IMG/VR virus record: IMGVR_UViG_3300037419_001569
Location: 1-49,591 of that record
Source of the DNA: a virus
Lineage: Duplodnaviria; Caudoviricetes
DNA: 49,591 nucleotides
Reading direction: 5' to 3' (one strand)
Shown here: positions 1 to 7,209 of the stretch, piece after piece
How the letters are laid out: every line of letters starts with the position of its first letter
Position numbering within the stretch: the first letter of the stretch is position 1
Program-made: the position numbers and the translations under genes
Notes under the pieces: generated by a model
The model's input: the letters and a program-made list of their open reading frames with translations, nothing else
The model's database searches: none
Told to the model about the DNA's origin: nothing

Positions 1-110
1 CGGCGGGCTGTCGGGACTGCGATATTTTTACCGATCAGTATCGAACTCGCGAAGAAGCAATCGCCGCATGGAACACCCGAGCCAAACCCCAGGAGGGTAG
101 TCATGGATAA
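1..110 (+). CDS. Lar-family protein, 3' part
   Basis: CRDC...REEAIAAWNTRA; TAA at 108-110 overlaps next gene. Confidence 0.75.
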   Translation, partial: AGCRDCDIFTDQYRTREEAIAAWNTRAKPQEGSHG

Positions 111-495
111 ACGACAGGATTTGGGCGCTTTATCCGGCTCTCGTGAACCGAGCCCGAGTTCCACCGGTCTCGGCCCTTCGGGCTTCGAGCCGGAGCGCTA
201 TGGATTGTCGGAGGGCGCGGCGCGGGCACTGCTGAAGCACACGCGCTTGGACGGCCCGCTCGCGGAAGAGTTTCTCGGCACGGATGATGCTGAGGAACTT
301 TGGTTTTGCTCCATGCTGCGTGCGACCAGCGGCGGCAAAAGGCTTTGCGCTCGCATCGCATGGACTAACGGCATCAATGGCCACACGAATTATAGCTACA
401 CGCTTACTGAAGTTGGCAGAGCGCTGCGCAACGCGATAGCGATGGAAACCCGAAGGTCGGAGACAGGGAACACTGACTCCGTGGCGAAGCCATGA
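103..495 (+). CDS. hypothetical protein
   Basis: AGGAGG SD before ATG; overlaps Lar stop. Confidence 0.65.
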   Translation: MDKRQDLGALSGSREPSPSSTGLGPSGFEPERYGLSEGAARALLKHTRLDGPLAEEFLGTDDAEELWFCSMLRATSGGKRLCARIAWTNGINGHTNYSYTLTEVGRALRNAIAMETRRSETGNTDSVAKP

Positions 496-572
496 CAGCG
501 CGGTGCGAAGCAATCGCCCAACAAGGGGGCAGATAATGGTAGATGAGCGAGTGACGCTGAAGGAGGTGCACG

Positions 573-800
573 ATGTTTGATCCGACGTGTTTCGTCGTGG
601 ACAGTCGCTACGGCTACATCGTGCGCCACGAAGGCTGCGATTACTACCGCCGCTCGGACGTTCCGCTGAAGGTTTGGCTAAACCCGCTTCGCCTCACGAT
701 TGGCATCGGCAAAGGTCGCCCTTGCCCCATCGTCATCAACAAGAACGCTTGGATGCACCGCGCGGTTTCCAACTTCCTCTGGCGTCTAAGGGGGAAGTGA
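573..800 (+). CDS. hypothetical protein
   Basis: AAGGAGGT SD; TGATG coupling to next gene. Confidence 0.65.
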   Translation: MFDPTCFVVDSRYGYIVRHEGCDYYRRSDVPLKVWLNPLRLTIGIGKGRPCPIVINKNAWMHRAVSNFLWRLRGK

Positions 801-991
801 TGGACGACGACGATCTGATTAGCCTGTTCAAAGCTAACGCATGGGCCGAGGCGAAGGGCGCTCTACGCTCGGTCGCGGATATTGCGGGTCAGGCGCGCGA
901 CGGCTCTCGGCACGCGGGGACCTATGAGAAAATCGACGCTGCCGTTGAGGCGTTCATCAAAGACTTCGAGGGTCACGGACTGAATGAATGA
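800..991 (+). CDS. hypothetical protein (MDDDDLISLF...)
   Basis: Start reassigned to ATG at 800 overlapping upstream stop; purine-rich SD. Confidence 0.65.
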   Translation: MDDDDLISLFKANAWAEAKGALRSVADIAGQARDGSRHAGTYEKIDAAVEAFIKDFEGHGLNE

Positions 992-1019
992 GCGGTCAGG
1001 TAGGCCAAGGAGATAGCGA

Positions 1020-1442
1020 TTGGTTGAGCCGTGCGCGAACCCATATTGCCCGACAGTGCAGAATTGCCTTGTGTGCGGAAAGAGGAACGGCACCCTCCCC
1101 ACAGACCAAGACAAGCGGGACTATGATGCGCTGATCGAGAGGTTGCGCGCTGGCGTTCAAGTCATTCATCACGCCACTGGATCGTGCGTACCTGTGGTGG
1201 ACGATTTAACGGCTTCTCAGGCAATGCGAAAAGCCGCCGAAGCAATATCCACCCTCCTCAAGGAGAGGGATGCGCTGCGAAATCATGTGGACGATTTGCA
1301 GCAAGCCGAGTTCGAGTATCGGCTAATGCACGACCGATATGGCGATGGAGCTTCCACGACGGGCCGCGCTTGGGATTTGATGAAACGCGCCGGAGACAAA
1401 GCCCGCGCAGCTCTCTCAACCACCAGGGCGATAGACGGCTGA
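1020..1442 (+). CDS. hypothetical protein with Cys-rich N-terminus and coiled coil
   Basis: AAGGAG SD; last gene of the plus-strand block, convergent with DUF1996 gene. Confidence 0.6.
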   Translation: MVEPCANPYCPTVQNCLVCGKRNGTLPTDQDKRDYDALIERLRAGVQVIHHATGSCVPVVDDLTASQAMRKAAEAISTLLKERDALRNHVDDLQQAEFEYRLMHDRYGDGASTTGRAWDLMKRAGDKARAALSTTRAIDG

Positions 1443-1444
1443 GC

Positions 1445-2725
1445 TCACATTCCCGGCATCGGCGGGATCGGCACGATCCGGTTCGGATTGGTCCAGCTCG
1501 ACACATATTTGCCGTTGATGAGGTAGCGCGGCACATCGCCGCCCTTCAAAGCCGTGCCGTCGCCGATCACGCCGCCGGAGCAGTTCAGCAGCTTGTCGAT
1601 GCAGTTCGCCATGATCGCGGCGAACACGACCGGATCCCAGCGCATCCCGCCGTAATCGACATGGAAGCACCAGCCGGCCTTCAGCGTCGGTGCCATCGGA
1701 TCGCATGACCAGCGCCAAGTCGAGACGTCATCGGTCGCCAGCACGGTGTAGGCGGCACTGTACTGGAACGCCGGAATGTGGACCGGATGCGCGGCGTCGC
1801 AATAGACCAGGCCCGTCGTCGAATTGCGGTGCTCATAATCGACGTGGCTGCGATGGTCGGTGCTGTCCGTGCGCTTCCCGTCCCAACAGTCGGGCGTGAC
1901 CTGGCGGGCGATCATCTGACCCTTGAGGCCGGCCGCGGATTTCGCCTTGGCGCATTCGAGCGCGCCGCGGAGGTCGAGCTTGTAGTTCACCGGATTGCTG
2001 CCGTTTCCGTAGCTGCAGAGGTAGTCGACCGGATGACTGTCGAGGTAGGCAGCCGGATTGTCGGGATGGTTGCCGGCGATGAACTTCAGATCGAACGGGA
2101 TCGACGCGCAGCCGCCTGGGAACTTCGTCTTGTTCAGGCAGTCGGCCGAGCTCGATGGCTCGCGCTTGTAGTAAAAGCTGTTGTAATCGGACAGGACCGC
2201 ATTGCCCTTCCCATCCTCGAGCCACGGCGACCAGTATTGCGTCCGGTTGAGCGCGAAGTTCGCCTCGGCCGGATTGTTGTCGTAGGCGGCGATGTTGTTG
2301 CAACTCGATCCGCCGCTCGCGCGTCCATTCTCGTAGGTCGAGAAGGCGTCCATCGTGCGCCCGCTGACGGCGTGACCATGAGACGCGCCAGGCTTGCCAG
2401 GGAAGACGACGGCATCATCGCGGGTCAGCTGGACCTCATTGCAGATCACTCGGAACGCGCCCTTGGTATCCGGCGCTGCGCTTGGCGGAATGCTCGCTGG
2501 ACGAAGGCCGAGCGCGATCGGGAAGTCGGTTGTCGGGATCGGCGGCTTGATGCCTGGATCGGGACAGGCCGACGTCTTGAAATGATAGAGATTGTCACTG
2601 GCGCATTTCTGAACGGCCGCGATGACGTCGGGCGCGAGGTCGCTGAACGACTGAGATGGAGCTGACTGCGGAACAAGCGCGGAGAGCGCGAGCGCGGACG
2701 AGGCAAGGATGTGGGCAAGTTTCAT
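1445..2725 (-). CDS. secreted DUF1996-domain protein (moron)
   Basis: Signal-peptide-like N-terminus; DDAVVFPGKPGASHGH, NRTQYWSPW, PDCWDGKRTDSTDHRSHVDY, HPVHIP and FHVDY match DUF1996 motifs; AAGGAGG SD. Confidence 0.8.
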   Translation of the reverse strand: MKLAHILASSALALSALVPQSAPSQSFSDLAPDVIAAVQKCASDNLYHFKTSACPDPGIKPPIPTTDFPIALGLRPASIPPSAAPDTKGAFRVICNEVQLTRDDAVVFPGKPGASHGHAVSGRTMDAFSTYENGRASGGSSCNNIAAYDNNPAEANFALNRTQYWSPWLEDGKGNAVLSDYNSFYYKREPSSSADCLNKTKFPGGCASIPFDLKFIAGNHPDNPAAYLDSHPVDYLCSYGNGSNPVNYKLDLRGALECAKAKSAAGLKGQMIARQVTPDCWDGKRTDSTDHRSHVDYEHRNSTTGLVYCDAAHPVHIPAFQYSAAYTVLATDDVSTWRWSCDPMAPTLKAGWCFHVDYGGMRWDPVVFAAIMANCIDKLLNCSGGVIGDGTALKGGDVPRYLINGKYVSSWTNPNRIVPIPPMPGM

Positions 2726-2830
2726 GAAAGCCTCCTTCGAAGCTGTGCCAGAATGATACGGTTGAGGGGTGAGACGCTGTAGGTTCGCGAACGCTGGATG
2801 CGCCTCTGCCAGCGTGCTAATTGGTCGGCG

Positions 2831-3025
2831 ATGGACAAGATCCTGAAACTAGTTCCTCTGAAGCGCGAGCCCCTATCGCCACGGGAGGCCGCCGAACTGG
2901 ACGCTTACGGGTCTATCGGCGGCCAGTTGTGCATCCCCGGCCGAATTGCCGCATTGCTGTGCAGGGAACGGGCCTTCGGACGCGAAAAGCCTAGCCGATG
3001 GACGCTACCGCGCTCCTACCTCTAG
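2831..3025 (+). CDS. small hypothetical protein, antisense to late operon
   Basis: MDKILKLVPLKREPLSPREAAELD...; fills intergenic gap, stop overlaps o-spanin stop. Confidence 0.35.
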   Translation: MDKILKLVPLKREPLSPREAAELDAYGSIGGQLCIPGRIAALLCRERAFGREKPSRWTLPRSYL

Positions 3026-3336
3026 CCGAATAGCCTCCCGAAGAAGCCGCGCGTCGCGTGCTTGATGGCTTGAGCATCTCGGGCTTCGCAGCGCTCAATT
3101 ATCTCCATAGCGTCTTTCGTGCGCCCGTTCGCTTGGTCGAGCTTGCCCGTCTGGGCATCACCGAACGCGATCCAGTCGGCCACCGTCTGACCGTCCGGCA
3201 ATGGAGCGCCGGGAACGCCCTGCTTCCATTCCTGCGGTAAAAGTGACGAGCAGCTGGCCGAGCTCGCGGTGACGACCGGCGGGCCCATGCAGGCACCGAG
3301 CAGCAGCGCGGTTGACATATAAGTCAATTTTCTCAT
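3022..3336 (-). CDS. o-spanin (Rz1-like outer-membrane lipoprotein)
   Basis: MRKLTYMSTALLLGAC lipobox, Pro-rich; ATGA overlap with i-spanin. Confidence 0.75.
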   Translation of the reverse strand: MRKLTYMSTALLLGACMGPPVVTASSASCSSLLPQEWKQGVPGAPLPDGQTVADWIAFGDAQTGKLDQANGRTKDAMEIIERCEARDAQAIKHATRGFFGRLFG

Positions 3337-3698
3337 TTCCCCGCTCCCTTGCATTTCGGATCGTCGCGGTATGCCTGCCGCTTGCACAGCGCCGCCCGTC
3401 CCGCCGCATCGACGCCGGGATTGACCCTGTCGCTGGCGCCCGGAGCGTTGCGAATGTCGTGCTCGTTGGCGCGGGTCAGGGCTTCGGATGCCGCTGAGGC
3501 CGCGCCAGAGCGCGCTACAGTAGCGACAGCGTCCTGCGCGCTATTGGACGCCGCTTCGGCCTGGCTGCGCTCCACGCGCGCCTGAGAGGCCTGCGAGCGG
3601 CTCTTCTGCCAGAAGTGGAACGCCGCCCAGACGACGAACACCGCCGCGACGGCGGCCACGATGATCGCGATCACTCGCGTCGACAGCCGCTCAAGCAT
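3333..3698 (-). CDS. i-spanin (Rz-like)
   Basis: Single N-terminal TM helix, Ala-rich helical periplasmic domain, C-terminal Cys pair; lysis cassette position. Confidence 0.75.
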   Translation of the reverse strand: MLERLSTRVIAIIVAAVAAVFVVWAAFHFWQKSRSQASQARVERSQAEAASNSAQDAVATVARSGAASAASEALTRANEHDIRNAPGASDRVNPGVDAAGRAALCKRQAYRDDPKCKGAGK

Positions 3699-3882
3699 CG
3701 CCCAGCACCTTGATCTCGGCGGCGCTCAGCTCGTTGACCATCCTGTCGATGATCTTCTGGACGTCGCCCTTGTTGTGGAAGCCCTCGCCGCCGACCGCGA
3801 TGATGCGATGGTTCTTCGCCCTCAGCCGCCAGAACCATCGATAGCCGGTGAACGACCAGCGGCGGAAAATCTCGAAAGTCAT
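3691..3882 (-). CDS. YegP/DUF1508-family protein
   Basis: RWFWRLRAKNHRIIAVGGEGFHNKGDV motif; GGGAGG SD before ATG 3882. Confidence 0.7.
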   Translation of the reverse strand: MTFEIFRRWSFTGYRWFWRLRAKNHRIIAVGGEGFHNKGDVQKIIDRMVNELSAAEIKVLGDA

Positions 3883-3883
3883 T

Positions 3884-4102
3884 TCAGGCCTCCCGTTCGC
3901 TCGGTGTGGGAAGGTTGCGCGGACCAAGCGGGCAGACGCTGAACAGCCTCGACGGCGGCTGCTGCCAGCCGTGGTGCATCGGCGCCGCTCCATGAACGAT
4001 GATCTGCTCCCTTGCGGCGATCCGCTCGTCGGCTCGGTGAAACGCGGCCATGCAGGCGAATAGCAGGCCGAACCAGACGATGGTCAGGGCGATCATTCTC
4101 AT
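3884..4102 (-). CDS. small membrane protein in lysis cassette
   Basis: N-terminal hydrophobic helix; ATGA overlap with holin. Confidence 0.5.
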   Translation of the reverse strand: MRMIALTIVWFGLLFACMAAFHRADERIAAREQIIVHGAAPMHHGWQQPPSRLFSVCPLGPRNLPTPSEREA

Positions 4103-4434
4103 GGCTTGGATTCCACCGGCACCGGATGATCCGCCTCGTTGACCACGGTCACTGCGGCGGGTTCGCTGGCTTGCTCGTTGGCGATGGTCTGGCGCTCGAT
4201 CTGGCGAACGGCGCTTTCGGCAACCTTCCGGCCGGTGGTCGTCGCTCCATACTCGCTGGAAATAACGCTTCCACCCCAGCCCAGCACAATGCCGATAGCC
4301 AATAGCAGCGGCTCTTTATTGCCCGGAGGGATGTCGACCACGTAGAGTCCCGCCAGCGCACCCAAGCCGCCGATCAAGACCATCAGTCCGATAAGGCCCC
4401 GGAACCACCAGCCGTTTTCGTGATGCTCATTCAC
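4099..4434 (-). CDS. putative holin (2 TM)
   Basis: Two TM segments with a short loop and hydrophilic C-tail; AAGGAG SD; between endolysin and spanins. Confidence 0.6.
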   Translation of the reverse strand: MNEHHENGWWFRGLIGLMVLIGGLGALAGLYVVDIPPGNKEPLLLAIGIVLGWGGSVISSEYGATTTGRKVAESAVRQIERQTIANEQASEPAAVTVVNEADHPVPVESKP

Positions 4435-4463
4435 GCTAAAACTCCTTTGCGCGGCTCAAAACA

Positions 4464-4982
4464 ATGAGCTATTTCATACGTGCGATGGATCAGCGATTTC
4501 ACAGCAAGATTGACCGGCGAGGGCCCGACGAATGCTGGCCGTGGACGGCTTATCGGGGGCCGACCGGCTACGGGCGTTTCATGTTGTCGACGCGTCGTGG
4601 ATTGGCGCGCGCCTGCTTAGCCCATCGTCTGGCGCTGGAAGAGGTTGAGCCGATTCCGTTCGAAGGGGCGATTGCGCTTCATCTTTGCGACAATCCGAGC
4701 TGCTGCAATCCAGCCCATCTTCGGTGGGGAACGCAGCGCGATAACATCAATGATGCTCGGCTGAAGGGCAGAACTTCGAGCGGAGCCTCCCACAGCGCTA
4801 TAACGAAGGCGGTGATTCCAAAAGGCGAGGCGCATTGTAACGCTGTGCTGACGGCAGATCAGGTCAGAGCAATTCGCGCCGATAATCGAATGCACAAAGA
4901 CATCGCCGCTGAGTACGGCATAAGCAAATCGAACGTCAGCGCAATTAAGATCCGACGTAGTTGGGCGCACGTTCCTGATTAG
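4464..4982 (+). CDS. HNH homing endonuclease with C-terminal HTH
   Basis: RFHSKIDRRGPDECWPW, AHRLA, LHLCDNPSCCNPAHL; C-terminal KDIAAEYGISKSNVSAI; antisense insertion. Confidence 0.9.
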   Translation: MSYFIRAMDQRFHSKIDRRGPDECWPWTAYRGPTGYGRFMLSTRRGLARACLAHRLALEEVEPIPFEGAIALHLCDNPSCCNPAHLRWGTQRDNINDARLKGRTSSGASHSAITKAVIPKGEAHCNAVLTADQVRAIRADNRMHKDIAAEYGISKSNVSAIKIRRSWAHVPD

Positions 4983-4990
4983 GTCCTCGG

Positions 4991-5722
4991 TCATGCCCAA
5001 CCCCCAGCGATGAATGCCGCCTCGAACGCCTGCGCGTGCTTGGCGATGAGCTCAGCCTTGTCGGTGCCATTGATGATGCGGCGCGCCTCGCGGTAGGCGT
5101 CGAAGCCGGCGCGGCCCGAAAGTGGCAGATAGTCGGACAGCTTCTTCGCGCAGAACCAGCCGTGCTCCATCCCCGCCACGAGGATTCGCGCGGCAATGTC
5201 TGGCTTCAGCGCTAGGTCTGGATCCGCGAGCAGGGCGCCGTTGAGGCCCAGTTCCTCGTCGGCGCGGGCGTAGCCGTAGTGCGGCTGCTTGTCGTCACCC
5301 TTCCACGTCAACTGAACGTAGCCGCGACCGTACCAGGGATAATAGCGAAGATGGGTACGCCGCCAGTCTTCGCTCAGCCAGTAGGCCTCGCGCACCGGCT
5401 GCATCGTCGCGTTCGTCTCGTGCCAAGCCGTGGCGAGCCCGTAGGAGGCGAAAGCAAGCGGCCAGCGAGCGGTACCGAATGCCTGCAGCAGCGCTCCGAA
5501 GCCGTCAACCTGAGCCTGTCCGAGCGCTCCAAAGGCGGCGCGGAGCGACGTATAGAAGGCGGCTGCATCGACGAGGGCTGTTGGGCTGCGCGTCGCGTCC
5601 GCGCCCCATTGCAGGATGATCGCGTTGAGGCTGTCGACCTCCTGCTGAGTGAGGCCCGCGCCATCGCCGGTCAGCTCGCGCTTGAGAGCGCGCGCGGCAT
5701 CGAAGAACGCGGCTGCGCTCAT
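4991..5722 (-). CDS. glycoside hydrolase family 19 endolysin
   Basis: LATAWHET, YGRGYVQLTW, ARRIINGTDKA motifs. Confidence 0.85.
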   Translation of the reverse strand: MSAAAFFDAARALKRELTGDGAGLTQQEVDSLNAIILQWGADATRSPTALVDAAAFYTSLRAAFGALGQAQVDGFGALLQAFGTARWPLAFASYGLATAWHETNATMQPVREAYWLSEDWRRTHLRYYPWYGRGYVQLTWKGDDKQPHYGYARADEELGLNGALLADPDLALKPDIAARILVAGMEHGWFCAKKLSDYLPLSGRAGFDAYREARRIINGTDKAELIAKHAQAFEAAFIAGGWA

Positions 5723-6171
5723 TTGGGCTTCCCTTCTTCGAACGAGCGCGTCGAAATGTGGCGCTGAACGCTCTCGAGCGACATCAGCAAGGTCTTGAGT
5801 TCGGGCGCGTCGACGCTCTTCAGGATGAGATTGATGAAGCTGATCTGCTCAGCGACCCTCTGGCGTTTCTCGCCCCAGACTTCCTCCTGCAGAACCTTGA
5901 TCTTGGCCGCGCACTCTTCCTCGCACGTATGCAGCTCCTCTCGAAGCCGACTGACGTTCTCGCGCAGAGCGGACATCTCTTCGGAGAAGTGATCGCGCTC
6001 GTCGGCCTTGTCCCTGTTGGCGATTTCGGCGGCCGTGACCTCGACCTTGCGCGCCTCGATTGAGAGCTTCCGCTGGCCCAGGTGCCACCTGATCAGCATC
6101 CCGAAGAAACCCATCACCCCGCCCGCGGTGATCCATTGCGGAATGGTGCCGAGAATGTCCGGCACGGTCAC
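5719..6171 (-). CDS. membrane protein with coiled coil (holin/antiholin-like)
   Basis: One N-terminal TM followed by long coiled coil; ATGA overlap with endolysin. Confidence 0.55.
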   Translation of the reverse strand: MTVPDILGTIPQWITAGGVMGFFGMLIRWHLGQRKLSIEARKVEVTAAEIANRDKADERDHFSEEMSALRENVSRLREELHTCEEECAAKIKVLQEEVWGEKRQRVAEQISFINLILKSVDAPELKTLLMSLESVQRHISTRSFEEGKPK

Positions 6172-6249
6172 TGGCCTACCCTTCCCGGCATACGCTTACT
6201 CCTGATCTGGGACAGCGCGCGGCGGCGCTTCGTGCTTGCTGAAAGCGGT

Positions 6250-7209
6250 CTACGGAGTGACCGCGACCGTAATCGTCTGGCTCGCGGTCCAGCCGTTCTG
6301 CGTGAAGGTGCCAGCAGTCGTCCACGAGCCGCCGCCGACCTTGTCGCCGTCGTCCGACCACTCGATCTTGCCGTTCTTGACTTGGCGAGTGAGCTGCGTT
6401 CCGACCGCTGTGGCTTGAAGCATCGCCTCGAGGACCGTCACCGGGCTGGCGAAGACATAGGCGACCCACTGGTTTGTCGTGCCCGATGCGGCCCACCAAT
6501 CCGAGTTCGTCGCGACCGTGTTGTTGAACGCCTTGTAGCCTTCGTTCCCAGCCCCTGAAATGCTGGAACCGATGATGCGGCCGGTCGTGCTGCCGTTGTT
6601 GCTTGTCTGCGCAGTCGTCTGATCGGCACCGCCTGAGGTTGCGCGAAACTCGATCTCGCCGATGCCGACGAACGTGGTTCCTCCGTTGTTGTCGGTGCAG
6701 AACAGGCGCCAGAACCGATGGTATCCTGTTGCCGGAGCAGTCTCGGGGTAGGTCCGGACCTGATCGATCAGCCAGCCGTAAGCGGTAAAGCTGGCGGCAG
6801 TCGTCCAGGTCGTTCCATCGTCCGACCAGTCCAGCGTGAAGCTCTGCGGGCCTTGGGTGAACTGCCCGCCCGTATGTGGCGCGGTGATGACGAATTCGGC
6901 GATCGTCTTCGCGCTGCCAAAGTCGTAGCCGATCCAGGTGTTTGTCGCGCTGCTGCGTTGCCAGCCGCCGGTTCCGTTATCGAATGCGTTGGAAGCGGCG
7001 GCGGTGTCAGAGCCCGAGCCGCCCGACATCGCCGTTCCCGATCCGGTGATGTCGGCACCGCCGACCGTCGAATGAAACTCGATCTCCTGAACCTGCGTGC
7101 TGGTCGCATCGCCCGAGTTCTGCGAAATGAAGATGCGCCAGTAGCGATGCGTGCCGTAGTTCGTGCCTCCAGCGGCCGCGAGGAAACAGTTTATCGCATC
7201 TGCGATCAT
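6250..7209 (-). CDS. tail-associated protein with two tandem discoidin/F5-8-like domains (putative receptor binding)
   Basis: Internal duplication HRYWRIFI...QEIEF / HRFWRLFC...GEIEF and WSDDG twice; follows central tail fibre. Confidence 0.7.
   Translation of the reverse strand: MIADAINCFLAAAGGTNYGTHRYWRIFISQNSGDATSTQVQEIEFHSTVGGADITGSGTAMSGGSGSDTAAASNAFDNGTGGWQRSSATNTWIGYDFGSAKTIAEFVITAPHTGGQFTQGPQSFTLDWSDDGTTWTTAASFTAYGWLIDQVRTYPETAPATGYHRFWRLFCTDNNGGTTFVGIGEIEFRATSGGADQTTAQTSNNGSTTGRIIGSSISGAGNEGYKAFNNTVATNSDWWAASGTTNQWVAYVFASPVTVLEAMLQATAVGTQLTRQVKNGKIEWSDDGDKVGGGSWTTAGTFTQNGWTASQTITVAVTP

Noticed and set aside
1-12. Terminal 12-bp repeat as cos, att or biological DTR
   Set aside because: Falls inside the Lar coding sequence, far from terminase/cos and distinct from attP; best explained as assembly overlap
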